From assembly GCA_951406725.2 (NCBI GenBank), contig OX597815.1, positions 169,756,001 through 169,820,000 on the forward strand: 64,000 bases of DNA, written 5' to 3'. The number at the start of each line of letters is the position of its first letter. The first letter of the stretch is position 1. The notes beneath the pieces are model-generated. The model saw nothing but the letters and a program-made list of their open reading frames with translations, had not been told where the DNA came from and ran no database searches. This DNA comes from Octopus vulgaris. Lineage: Eukaryota. Made by a program: the position numbers and the translations under genes. Below, one piece after another: positions 46,487 through 59,502 of the stretch.

Positions 46487-46897
46487 GGCGGCGAGCTGGC
46501 AGAAACGTTAGCACGCCGGGCGAAACGCTTAGCGGTATTTCGTCTGCGTTACGTTGTGAGTTCAAATTCCGCCGAGGTCGACTTTGCCTTTCATCCTTTC
46601 GGGGTCGATAAATTAAGTACCAGTTACGAACTGGGGTCGATGTAATCGACTTAATACCTATGTCTGTCCTTGTTTGTTCCCTCTGTGTTTAGCCCCTTGT
46701 GGGTAATAAAGAAATAGGTATTTCGTCTGTCTGAACGTTCTGAGTTCAAATTCCGCCGAGGACGACTTTGCCTTTCATCCTTTCGGGGTCGATAAATAAA
46801 GTACTAGTACCCACTGGGGTCGATGTAATCGACTTAATCCCTTTGTCTGTCCTTGTTTTTCCCCTCTATGTTTAGCCCCTTGTGGGCAATAAAGAAA
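46487..46897 (+). mobile_element. SINE family A dimer with perfect 17-bp target-site duplication
   Basis: TSD tatatgtacaagctaaa at 46470-46486 and 46898-46914. Confidence 0.95.
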
Positions 46898-46974
46898 TAT
46901 ATGTACAAGCTAAACTTCTACTAAACTGCCGGAATATTGTATATATATTAACACTTCCAACCGTGTTATGTCTG

Positions 46975-47530
46975 TTTTGAGCCCGAGAACTCATAAGAAA
47001 GGAGCCTAACCCAAGTTTCGTGGCATATAAGGGATTAAATTTATGACACTCTCCATCTTGAACAGGACGCTATTAATTCACAAGGTTAACTTCCCAGCTA
47101 ATGTTGGAACTCATTTGCAGTTGGGTGAACTGGAGAAACGTGAGGCGAAGTTTATTTTGCGCAAGAACATAATGACTCGTCTAGTCCAGGAATCGAAACC
47201 ACGATCTACGACTTGAGTACAACATCTTAACCATTAGGCCACGCTCCTTCATTTAATTAACCGCATACTGCCTGTTTTTTTTTCCTTTGAAAGCCAGCTT
47301 CTCAAAACTGGTTCTTACACAACTAAGCGCCCCATTAATTACTGGTATAAATCTGAGTGAACTGGAAAAATGTGAAACTAAGTATTCTCGCTCAAGCACA
47401 CAACGCATCGTCTAGTCCAGGAACCGAAACCACTATCTTATGATCGTAAGTACAACATCATAACCATTAGACTACGCATCCAGGTGGGGAATATAAACGC
47501 CATGAAACCGGGAAACCAGCCTTTATGAGT
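46975..47530 (-). mobile_element. Two old SINE family B copies plus a short plus-strand B tail fragment (47480-47531)
   Basis: gtccaggaatcgaaaccac..aaccattaggccacgc twice; 47480-47531 nearly matches 46360-46407. Confidence 0.75.
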
Positions 47531-48121
47531 TGCAAAATTTAAAGGACAACAAATGTAATGTGATATAAATAGCTTTTCTACATGCATTAGAAATATGAAA
47601 CTATGTTAATTTCCTTACAAAACTTACAAACTGTTTTTTTTTTCCATTTGAAAGCCAGTTTCTCAAAACTCATTAGTTACACAACCAGTTATTAGTTACT
47701 TAACCATCGCGATTGATTATGTAAATAATAACCTCAGTAATAACTATAAACTCAGACTAATAACCCTGTAATTACTGGTATAAATGTAAAATCAACTCAT
47801 GCAAAATTATCCTATCCTGCTTACGCATTGCATTTGCAAATGGACGTGTTTCTCTAAAATTCTTTAAAATTCTTAGCTTTTCGAGTTAACTATTCAGACA
47901 TTTACTAACATAACCAAATACACCAAAAATTACATGAACAATATTTAATTTATATTCTTGGTAGAGAAGCAGTAAGTTTTCAAGCAAACATCTGAGAAAT
48001 ATTCTTTTTCTAATTGCTGCTGAAAGAAAAGTTATAATCTGCAGAGAAATGCCTTCTATGACATTACAAAATCTTTGTGTTTCAAGCAGCTATATCAACC
48101 GGGTCTCTGCTTGCACATACT

Positions 48122-48522
48122 CTCTTTTTTCTTTACTCTTTTACTTGTTTCAGTCATTTGACTGTGGCCATGCTGGAGCAACACCTTTAGTCGAGGAAAT
48201 CGACTCAAAGACTTATTCTTTGTAAGCCTAGTACTTACTCTATCGGTATCTTATGCTGAACTGCTATGTTACGGGGACGTAAACACACCAGCATCGGTTG
48301 TCAAGCGATGTCGGGAGGACAAACACAGACACCCAAGCAGACACACATATATATATATACACATACATATATACGACGGGCTTCTTTCAGTTTCCGTCTA
48401 CCAAATCCACCCACAAGGCTTTGGTCGACCCGAGGCCATAGTAGGAGACACTTGCCCGGGATTGAACTCGGAACCATGTAGTTGGTAAGCAAGCTACTTA
48501 CCACACACCCACTCCTGTGCCT
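48122..48522 (-). mobile_element. SINE family C
   Basis: Reverse complement of the consensus. Confidence 0.9.
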
Positions 48523-48529
48523 GTATCGG

Positions 48530-48895
48530 AAATTCTGATGGAAATGATCCAATAATATTCCTTGTGTTGACATATGTATTGAATATATGAGGTAGCCTCT
48601 TTATTTAGCCCTAGGCAATCTTTTCGGTTGATGGTGTTGTATGCTGGTTTTAACAACAACATTATATTGTAATAGAAGATTTTACCTTGATGACATTTTT
48701 GTGTAATATCTTTTTCAGAAATGTGAGACAATCGACATTTACGGTGGCATCTTAGGAGTTTAAGGGCTTCACTTTCTCGTTTGTTCATTTGATAGTTCGT
48801 TAACATCTCTTGCTTTTGGATGGCAAAAACATAACCTTCGAAATGTGACGTGATGTAACGATCACCACGAGTCATGGAGAAGTTAAACTTCATGT
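48530..48895 (-). mobile_element. R4/Dong-type LINE fragment (zinc knuckle region)
   Basis: YITSHFEGYVFAIQKQE..KCRL..KEYYW, matching the 19590 copy. Confidence 0.8.
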
Positions 48896-48914
48896 TAATA
48901 TAAAATATCATTCA

Positions 48915-50736
48915 GGTGGCGAGCTGGCAGAAACGTTAGCACGCCGGGCGAAATGTTTGGCGGTATTTCGTCTGCGTTACGTTGTGAGTTCAAATTCCGC
49001 CGAGGTCGACTTTGCCTTTCATCCTTTCGGAGTCGATAAATTAAGTATCAGTTAAGCACTGGGGTCGATATAATCGACTTAATACCTATGTCTGTCCATG
49101 TTTGTCCCTTCTATGTTTAGCCCCTTGTGGGTAATAAAGAAACAGCTATTTCGTCTGCCGCTGCGTTCTGAGTTCAAATTCCGCCGAGGTCGACTTTGCC
49201 TTTCATCCTTTCGGGGTCGATTAAATAAGTACCAGTGATGCACTGGGGTCGATATAATCGACTTAATCCGTTTGTCTGTCCTTGTTTGTCCCCTTGTGGA
49301 TAGCTAAGAAATATATATAGCCCCTTGTAGGCAGTAAAAGAAATAAGAATCGTTAACATGCCGGACAGAATGCTTAGCGGCATTTCGTCCATCACTACGT
49401 TTTGAGTTCAACTTCCACCGTGGTTGACTTTGCCTGTCCTTCTTTCGGGGTCGGTAAAACAAGTACTAGTTGAGTACTGGATCCGACGTAATCGACTGAT
49501 ACTTCCTTCGAAATTGCTGGCCTTGTGCCAAAATTTTAAATCATTCTAAAATATAATTCCTATAAAGCAGCGAGCTGGCAGAATTGTTAGAACGCCAGGC
49601 AAAAATGCTTTACGGCATTTCATCCGTCTTTAGGTTCTGAATTCAATTTCCACTGAGGTCGACAAAATAAATCCAGTTGAGCGCTAGGGGTTGATGTAGT
49701 CGACTAGGTCTTATTTAAAAACTTCAATCATTGTACCTATAGTGGAAAGAAATACTGGTTTCGAATTTTAGCACAAAGCCAGCAATTTTGGTGAGGAGGG
49801 TTAGTCGACTATGTCGCATCCAGAGCGCGACTGATACTTATACATCGAGTCCAAAAGGATGAAAGGCAAAGTCGACATCAGCGGAATTTGAACTCAGAAC
49901 GCAAAGACTGACGAAATGCCGTTAAGCATTTTGCCCTGTGTGCTAAAAATTCTGCCAGTTCACCGACTGAAATAGAATTAAATATTGATTTCAAATTTTG
50001 GCACAAGATCAATAATTTCGATCCCAGTGGTCGACTGATATTTATTTTATCGACTACATAAACATGAAAGGCAAAGTCAACATCAGCGGAATTTGAACTC
50101 AGAACATGAAGACGAACGAAAAGCTCCTAACCATTTCACCCGGCGTGCTAACGATTCTGCCAGCTCGCTGCGTTATCAGAATCTTTTCTACTCTAGGCAC
50201 AAGGTCCGAAATAAGGCCCAGTACGCAACTGGTACTTAATTTATTGACCCCGAAAAGATGAAAGGCAAAGTCGACCTCGGCGGAATTTGAATTCAGAACG
50301 TAAAGACAAATGAAATACCTATTTCTTTACTACCCACAAGGGGCTAAACACAGAGAGGACAAACAAGGACAGACAACGGATTAAGTCGATTATATCGACC
50401 CCTAGTGATTAACTGGTACTTATTTAATCGACCCCGAAATGATGAAAGGCAAAGTCGACCTCGGCGGAATTTGAACTCAGAACGTAACGGCAGACGAAAT
50501 ACCTATTTCTTTATTACCCACAAGGGGCTAAACACAGAGGGGACAAACAAGGACAGACAAAGGTATTAAGTCGATTACATCGACCCCAGTGCGTAACTGG
50601 TACTTAATTTATCGACCCCGAAAGGATGAAAGGCAAAGTCGACCTCGGCGGAATTTGAACTCAGAACGTAACGGCAGACGAAATACCGCTAAGCATTTCG
50701 CCCGGCGTGCTACCGTTTCAGCTAGCTTGCCGCTTT
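48915..50736. mobile_element. SINE family A cluster: plus-strand units 48915-49750 facing minus-strand units 49757-50736
   Basis: About four plus units (dimer plus two older) and five minus units (two older plus a young trimer at 50183-50736). Confidence 0.92.
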
Positions 50737-50829
50737 GCTGCCTTATTAGAATGAATGAAATATGAATATATTTCTAGTTTAGGGAAAACTTTTGCATGAA
50801 AAACATTTTGTGGAGTGCCGTGTTTCTCT

Positions 50830-51025
50830 TTCAGTGTTTGGTTGAGGTACTCTAGTTCAACAGTCTTGGGGGCTTGCATGAGAGGTTTTTGAAGAGTTCA
50901 CTAGCTCTCACTGTCAGATTGTTCACTTCAGTTTTGTGCACTTTGTTGGTGTATTTGTTTTTGCTGTCGTTTACCAGATGCTGTCTTAGCGATAACATTT
51001 GACACTCACTGTGGGGCTGTGCTAA
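50830..51025 (-). mobile_element. Possible CR1-group LINE 3' relic
   Basis: [14 protein letters not shown] resembles the 'NSF.VR...LFN.LP' C-terminal motif. Confidence 0.35.
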
Positions 51026-52447
51026 TCTTAATTGCATATGCATGTATGTATGTATGTATGTATGTATGTATGTATGTATGTATGTATGTATGTATGTATG
51101 TATGTATGTATGTATGTATGCATGTATGTATGTATAGATGTGTGCAGAGATGTATATATGTATTATATATATGTATGCATGTATGCATGTGTGTATAGAT
51201 GTGTGTATATATATCCATGGTTGTATAAGTGTATGTATTAATGTATACATGTATGTATGAATGTATATATATATATATATATACAAATATATATATACAT
51301 ACATATATATATATATATATGTATGTATGTGTGTGTATGTATGTATGTATGTATGTATGTATGTATGTATGTATGTATGTATGTATGTATGTATGTATGT
51401 ATGTGTATGCATGTGAGACTATGTGTTTATACATGTACGTTTGAGTGTATGCATTATGTTTGTATGTTTTCCTTTGAGGGTTTACTTAATTTCTTCTTCG
51501 CAGAATTCCAGCCGGTCATTGACAATATGACAAGGCGTTTTTGTTGAAACCTTAGCATTTCAGGGATTTGTAAATATCTGAGAGAGTCACTGTGTTTACA
51601 TACGCAGAAAAGACTTACATCTCCGTGTAATGAATACGCATGTCTTTTTAGTATACATGTGGTTGTAATTAATTTTCATGTAGATGTGTGTGCGTATGCA
51701 TACGCGCACACACACACACAATCGTATACATATATATGTATATATATGAGAGGTATTGGTATCTAGAAGACCCATAGAGTGGTAGGTAACACTAAGTAAG
51801 TGCTATGGCGAGGCTGTAGTTAAACTCTTGGTTCGGTAGTGATACGAGTGAGGAGTCTAATGTGGGTCTGGTAATTAGCGTGCATATAAGAAGGAGATAG
51901 AGAATAGAGAGGGAAATAAGAAAATGAAAGTAAAAATAAAATATATAATATTGTAGTTGCAGTTCCATTATTCGAGTAAAGTGGTGTATAGAAGTGGTAA
52001 AAAAGTTTCCTGCACATGGTATATAAGTTCCAATAGTAGTTCATGTTTAGTAATTTCAAAGTATGGACCTGTGGAATCTGTGTTGTTCGTTCGACAAATT
52101 ATATCATTGTTTTGATATAACGTTGCTTGAAAAATATTGGTCAAGTTTAATAAAATTTAATATGTACTCAATGCACGAAGTGTCATTGTTGGGCCCAAGG
52201 CCTAATGAAAATCCCTCCACAGGAGCTAGTATGTATACGACGGCTTCTTTCAGTTTCATTCTCCTAAATCCACTCACAAGGCTTCGGTCTTGTATTTTGT
52301 TTTCGAAAGAAGAACCAAATCAACTGGCCTGCACATACCATATCCAATTCATTAGTAGCACAGTAAAAATTGGCAAAAATCCCGAAGATTCTTCATTAAT
52401 GCTTCCTAAAATGAACAAACATATAACACAGTCACGTGTATATATGG

Positions 52448-52502
<55 letters not shown>

Positions 52503-53261
52503 ATGCCGGCACCTATGATATCATAGTCAAATGATAGTCTGGATATACGAGCTGTAAATTTCTGCAGTAGCTGACCATGGTGTTTTACACGAGACATTCA
52601 CATCCTCTGGACAGCTGATTTCTACGAAACTGAATGGCGTTTGTCTCTTGTCTCATAAAGCAATATCACATTTGTTGCGTTTGAACCGAATTAAGACATT
52701 TTGAGAGAAGCTCCACAACTATTTCAGTTTGCTTTTTAAAGATGTCCACACATTCTAGCTCCGGTGTATCTATTTTTTTTTATGATTATCGGAACAATCT
52801 TTCCCAGCGATTGCAGTATAAATATTTTTGACAACAGTATCATGTCTCGTAGGAGATAGTTAGTGCCTTGTGAACATTTTTTTTGGCTAGCAAGTGATAA
52901 TGTAGGAGATATCGTATAAACTAGTAAGGCATAATTTACATACACAGGTACAGTTTGTTGGTTTTTACAGATATTGTTATCTTTTCGTATTGATCAGGTA
53001 TCTACAAGCTATCCCTTGTTTCTGAATGGCGAACATTTTTGAGCAGTAAGTGATAACGTAGGAGATATCTTCCAAACAGCTAAGGCACTCAATCGACATT
53101 TTCATTTATAACATGTAGGTTTGGAGGCATCGTTATCTTTTCTTATTGATCAAGTATCTACAAGTTTTCTCCTGTTTCTGAATGGTGAAGGCGGAATGTG
53201 ATATATTTATAACATATCCAAGAAAAGCTATTCCTCTTATCAATATTGTTAACCTTCTATA

Positions 53262-53475
53262 AGGCGGCGAGCGGGCAGAATCGTTAGCTCACCGGGCAAA
53301 ATGCTATGCGGCATTTCGTCCGTCTTAACTTTCTGAATTCAAACTCGAGATCAACTTTGCCTTTCATTCCTTTCATGGCGATAAAATAAGTATCAGTTGA
53401 GCACTGGGGTAGATACAATCGACTTATTCCCCCCTCCCCTTAAATTACTGGCTCTGTACCAAAATTTGAGACCAA
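53262..53475 (+). mobile_element. SINE family A monomer
   Basis: aaggcggcgagcgggcagaatcgttagc head and A body. Confidence 0.85.
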
Positions 53476-53620
53476 TGATGTTAATCTTCTCTGAAATGCT
53501 AGATTTATTGTGTTCATGCCTAACCTTCTGTTGTTATAATGAGTATTTTTTCTCATAAATTGTGTTTACCCTAGGCCAGAAATTCTTGGGTCACAGAGAA
53601 ATGTTTACAGTCAGAATACC

Positions 53621-53816
53621 TACTCTTTTACTTATTCCAGTCATTTGACTGCGGCCATGCTGGAGCACCGCCTTTAGTCGAGCAAATCGACCCCAGGACT
53701 TATTCTATCAGTCTCTTTTGCCGAACCGCTAAGTTACGGGGACGTAAACACACCACCATCGGTTGTCAAGCGATGTTAGGGGGACAAACACAGACGCACA
53801 AATATATACACAGTCA

Positions 53817-53878
<62 letters not shown>

Positions 53879-54040
53879 TATACGACGGGCTGCTTTCAGT
53901 TTCCGTCTACCAAATCCACTCACAAGGCTTTGGTCGGCCCGAGGCTATAGTAGAAGACACTTGCCCAAGGCGCCACGCGGTAGGAATGAACCCAGAACAA
54001 TATGGTTGGTAAGCAAGTTACTTACCACACAGCCACTCCT
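53621..54040 (-). mobile_element. SINE family C
   Basis: Reverse complement of the consensus. Confidence 0.92.
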
Positions 54041-55071
54041 ATTCAAGAATCGTTTAGCTACTCTCCAGATGATATTATTTTTACTAGTGACTATACGCCA
54101 TGAAATAATTTATCTTTTTACTGTTCAGTGGCTGTTGTTTAAATGATGCGATACAGTATCCTAATACCGTTTGAACTGCCTTTATATCTCTGTCTTTCCG
54201 CCTAACAGAGATCCTGTCAGTGTTACTGCTGATAACGGCGATAAGTATCTTCAGAGTTATGATGTCAAAGTTACAGATCCCCTTGAAGTGTCGCTTCTAT
54301 AATCACAAATGTTGGTTCTAGCACAATCACTACAAAAACGGGAGGGATGTGCAGGTAGCTCTGACTTTTACAGCTTCCAAAGTTTGAAGTGTTTCTTTGC
54401 GACTATAGTTTGCTCACAGCGCTGGCATGTGCAATATTCTTATCAATTCCAAGATACTTATCGCATTGTTCATTGAAGATGTAGGAGTTTTGACAGGCTG
54501 CTATTGATATCCATATTTCTTAACTGGTCAACGTTTTCTTCGAGTCACTATTAAATATGAACAGTTATCTTAGCCAAACTCCAATCAAGTGTAAAGTGGT
54601 TCTGTCGTTGTGGACATTTTTGGTGGGTGAGCTTGTTGGAGAGGGGCAGCTTGCTGGTGTAACTACTCCGCACTGAATTGTGAGTTGTAGGGCTATTTTA
54701 CACCCCATTAGTTCTTCGTACTATTCAAGTATATAACCGAGAGGCCTTCCCTTGTCCTTTGTATAAGTCTTAATTGAATTAAAAAGTCTACTTAAATTGC
54801 TTTTGATAATTCCGTGAGTTGCGATGACTGACCTTAGTTTCCTGTGTTGCCGAGGCATACGTATCAGTAGGCCACGTGTTGTTATCAGTTCAAGTTCATC
54901 GCTCCTTGATTAGTGCTACGATATTCTCCTCAAGAGGTGGTGGTGGTGCAGGAAGGGCTTCTTGAAGATAAGATTTTTTTTTTGTGCCAGGCTTGCATTA
55001 ATGGCAACTTTTTGGCAACCTTTTGAAGGTAGTAAGTATTCATTACACAAAAGAATGTATAGTTTCCTATG

Positions 55072-55126
<55 letters not shown>

Positions 55127-55296
55127 CACACACACACACATATATATATACATACACACACACTCTCACTCACACACACGCACACACATGTATATCTGCG
55201 TGTCTGTGTGTGTATGTGTGTGTTTACGTATACATATATGTATATATATGAATACATTGTGTATATATCTATATATATATGTATATATGTACGTAT

Positions 55297-55297
55297 G

Positions 55298-55365
<68 letters not shown>

Positions 55366-55382
55366 CCTACCTACCTACCTAC

Positions 55383-55449
<67 letters not shown>

Positions 55450-55651
55450 CCTACCTACCTACCTACCTACCTACCTACCTACCTACCTACCTACCTTCCT
55501 TCCTTCCTACCTACCTACCTACCTTCCTACCTTCCTACCTACCTACCTACCTACCTACCTACCTACCTACCTACCTACCTACCTACCTTCCTTCCTACCT
55601 ACCTACCTACCTACCTACCTACCTACCTACCTACCTACCTACCTACCTATC
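55297..55651. repeat. Compound (CTAT)n/(CTAC)n/(CTTC) microsatellite
   Basis: Read directly. Confidence 0.97.
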
Positions 55652-55689
55652 TGTATAATTACCATATACAAATGGTTTGTAGCTTTTTA

Positions 55690-56140
55690 GAAATTAGTTG
55701 GTGGTATTTTCAAATTTGATTCAAAATAAATGAACATAAAGATGGATTCTTGAATATATCCATATAAAGAAAAAACATAAGCCTTCTGTAGTTTAACTGC
55801 AGAGTAATTTCCGATCTCAGTGCGTCAAAGTGAAGGTATTTGAAAGATACACATAAATATAACTCGTGGAACTTTATACATGCTGGAATTCGGTTGAGCG
55901 CCCTGTATCTAGTTCTGGAAATTGTGTTTCGTAAACGACAGACTATGCTGATGATCTTGCAGATGTTTACGTAACCATATACGTAAATATTAACAAGTGA
56001 AACCGATTAGTACATAGGTAATCGTTTTTTATTTCGTATATTTTCATTTGTCTTACTTATTTTTAAACTTTGGCTTTTTGCTGAAATTTTTCTTGAGAAC
56101 ACATTCTTCGTGGAAAATGGCGATTTTGACGTCTATATCT
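55690..56140 (+). mobile_element. Penelope-like element 3' relic (GIY-YIG C-terminus plus hammerhead-bearing terminal repeat)
   Basis: Degenerate translation RWILEYIHIKKKHKPS resembles the Penelope 'LE.I.I....PSLN' motif, followed by the hammerhead and a T-rich tail. Confidence 0.55.
55943..56017 (+). ncRNA. Type I hammerhead ribozyme motif (Penelope-associated)
   Basis: ctatg-CTGATGA-t-cttg..atgtttacgta/tacgtaaatat..caag-t-GAAA-ccgatta-GTA-catag: stem I ctatg/catag is perfect, stem II is long, core is intact, NUH=GUA (cleavage after 56012). Confidence 0.75.
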
Positions 56141-56201
56141 AGCATACAGGCTGTCCACTTTTAGTGGTCAGGCCTCTAAATTTTGTATATATATATATGT
56201 A

Positions 56202-56425
56202 TACTCTTTTACTTGTTTCAGTCATTTGACTGCGGCCATGCTGGGGCACCGCCTTTTTTAATCGAGCAACTCGACCCCGGGACTTATTCTTTGTAAGCCC
56301 AGTACTTATTTTATCGGTCTCTTTTGCCGAACCGCTAAGTGACGGGGACATAAAGAAACCAGCAGCGGTTGTCAAGCAATGCTAGGGGGACAAACAGAGA
56401 CACACAAACACACACACACACATGC

Positions 56426-56494
<69 letters not shown>

Positions 56495-56660
56495 TACGAC
56501 GGGCTTCTTTCAGTTTCCGTCTACCAAATCCACTCACAAGGCTTTGGTCGGCCCGAGGCTATAGTAGAAGACACTTGCCCAAGGTGCCATGCAGTGGGAC
56601 TGAACCCGGAACCATGCGGTTCGTAAGCAAGCTACTTACCGCACAGCAACTCCTACACCT
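56202..56660 (-). mobile_element. SINE family C
   Basis: Reverse complement of the consensus with expanded (TA)n. Confidence 0.92.
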
Positions 56661-56682
56661 ATATATATATATATATATACTC

Positions 56683-56737
<55 letters not shown>

Positions 56738-56739
<2 letters not shown>

Positions 56740-56950
56740 CGGGAAGGTTTACGAAAATAAACAAAAGACGAAGGCAGGCGGAGTACAAACAAAGAAATGT
56801 ATTAGTATGGCGCTCAGGAATAGAAATAGAACAAGACTTTTACGTTTCAAGCCTACGCTCTTCGACAGAAAGATACACAGAAAAAAACCAAGGAGAGAAA
56901 CAAGGAGAAAAAAATGCGTGTAGAAGCTAACGATCTATCATGGCGTTCTT
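56738..56950 (-). mobile_element. Penelope-like terminal repeat with variant hammerhead
   Basis: Minus strand cttt-CTGTCGA-a-gagcgtaggctt-GAAA-C-GTA-aaag; stem I cttt/aaag; flanked by (TA)n on both sides. Confidence 0.55.
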
Positions 56951-56973
56951 ATATATATATATATATGTGTATA

Positions 56974-57038
<65 letters not shown>

Positions 57039-57286
57039 CCATATGTGTATGTCCCTACAATATTTGATAGGTGTTTATTTCCACGTTTTTACAGTGAACG
57101 GTTGTTATATGTTTATAACCTATGTGTTTATAAAGTGATGTATCTAAGTCTATATATTTGTGTTTCTATATAATAGAAAGCATCGCTTAAGTCTATGTAC
57201 GTATATGTTTAAATTGTGATGAATGATTTATGACCGTACGTGTTTGGATATGAACGTGTGCTTTTATATGTGTGAATATGTGTGTG

Positions 57287-57341
<55 letters not shown>

Positions 57342-57578
57342 TTGTGTGTGTGATTCTGTGTGTAGTTGTGTGCATGAACGTTTTTGCATAATGCTTATGT
57401 CGAAATTTTGGTGTATATTTTATGTTGCTGAATGTATGGGTATATTAATTATATATGCATATATGTATGTATGCATGTATGTATATATTAGATATATAAA
57501 TATATATATCTCTGTGTATCTATCTATCAATCTATCTATCTATCTATATCAATATATATATATATGTATGGGCATCTG

Positions 57579-57628
<50 letters not shown>

Positions 57629-58020
57629 AAACTTTGAAGTAATTGTAGAGAGATTTATTTTGCTTTGATGTAATTTTAAAAACATTTTGTATTTTATTAA
57701 GCTATTTCTGTTGATATTACCATTGTTGTTGTAGTTGTTGTTACTATCACTATTATTATTATTGCTGTTGTTTTTATCCTTGATGTTTTTTTATTTTCGT
57801 ATAAACTTTAATATAAATAACAATATACTAGCAAGTGAAAATAATACTGATGCAGTCTCTGAAAAATCTTTTGCACCTAAGAACACATGTGTAGGTATGT
57901 CGGTAGGTATGACCACGACAGTTATTTCTTGCACCTCAAGCAGTTTTTCTCCAATTTCTGTTAGCATTTTCTTTCTAAAGAGGGTTTTACGTATTAGTGT
58001 GTACGTGAAAGCTATACACA

Positions 58021-58073
<53 letters not shown>

Positions 58074-58091
58074 AGATAGATAGATAGATAG

Positions 58092-58328
58092 TTTCTTATT
58101 TCTTTATTGTCCTCAAGGGGCTAAACATAGAGGGGACAAATAAGTATAGACAAACGGATTAAGTCGATTATATCGACCCCAGTGCGTAACTGGTACTTAA
58201 TTTATCGACCCCGAAAGGATGAAAGGCAAAGTCGACCTCGGCGGAATTTGAACTCAGAACGTAACGGCAGACGAAATACGGCTACGCATTTCGCCCGGCA
58301 TGCTAACGTTTCTGCCAGCTCGCCGCCT
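58092..58328 (-). mobile_element. SINE family A monomer, young
   Basis: Near-consensus reverse complement ending ctgccagctcgccgcc. Confidence 0.92.
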
Positions 58329-58563
58329 TTCAGTTTCTTTCAGTTTATTTCTACCAAATCATCCACAAAGTTTTGGTCTGTCTAAGACTATAGTTGAAGA
58401 CATGTGTCCAAGTTGCCGCCTAGTGGGACTGAACCCGGAACCCTGTTCTTTGGAAACAACCTTCTTACTACACACACACACACATGCACACAAGTATATA
58501 CATACATACATACATATATATATGTATGTATGTATATACTTGTGTGCATGTATATGCACATAC

Positions 58564-58646
<83 letters not shown>

Positions 58647-58703
58647 CACTTTTTATATCTATATACATATAGCGGCGTATGTACACTTTTCCTCACCTTG
58701 TAA

Positions 58704-58762
<59 letters not shown>

Positions 58763-58792
58763 CATACATACACACACATACACACACACACT

Positions 58793-58833
<41 letters not shown>

Positions 58834-59092
58834 GAGTTAAATAGATGATAAAGGAATAAGCGATTACCATATAGACTTCATTAGCTTACAACTTTTTCTA
58901 CTATAGAATGCTGTGGGCTCATAATTGAGTGCCTCGAATATGAGGTGCAAGTTATTACTTGGTCAGCTGCTGCAATTTCCGTTACTTCATCAGTTAAACC
59001 CGCTTGATCTCGTCTCTTTTCGGGCTAGCTTCTCTATTAGTATATACATTTTCGTCATCCAGTTTAATAGATGATTTAGCGATTCGCTAATT

Positions 59093-59502
59093 CTTTTATT
59101 TTTTTACTTGTTTCAGTCATTTGACTGCGGCCATGCTGGAGCACCGCCTTTAATCGAGCAACTCGAACCCGGAACTTATTCTTTTGTAAGCTCAGTACTT
59201 ATTCTATCGGTCTCTTTTGCCGAACCGCTAAGTAACGAAGACATAAACACACCAGCATTGGTTGTCAAGCAATGCTAGGGGGACAAACACAGACACACAA
59301 ACACACACACGCATATATATATATATATATATATATATACGACGGGCTTCTTTCAGTTTCCGCCTACCAGATCCACTCACAAGGCTTTGGTTGGCCCGAG
59401 GCTATAGTAGGAGACACTTGCCCAAGGTGCCCCGCACTGGGACTGAACCCAGAACCATGTGGTTGGTAAACAAGCTACTTACCACACAGCCACTCCTGCG
59501 CC
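59093..59502 (-). mobile_element. SINE family C
   Basis: Reverse complement of 60574-60986. Confidence 0.92.

Larger units (their letters stand above)
52505..54900 (-). mobile_element. Decayed R4/Dong-type LINE interrupted by two SINEs (53262-54040)
   Basis: 54165-54900 gives DKYLGIDKNI and DRISVRRKD (RT C-terminus); 52505-53240 gives FAIQKQ, EISCPEDVNVS, HGQLL and YPDY (RLE). Confidence 0.7.

Noticed and set aside
48915-50736. Regularly recurring repeats resembling a CRISPR array
   Set aside because: Units are about 190-bp SINE bodies without unique spacers; eukaryotic context and no cas genes.
57791-58021. 76-aa minus-strand ORF (MLTEIGEKLLEV...)
   Set aside because: No convincing splice sites or motif.
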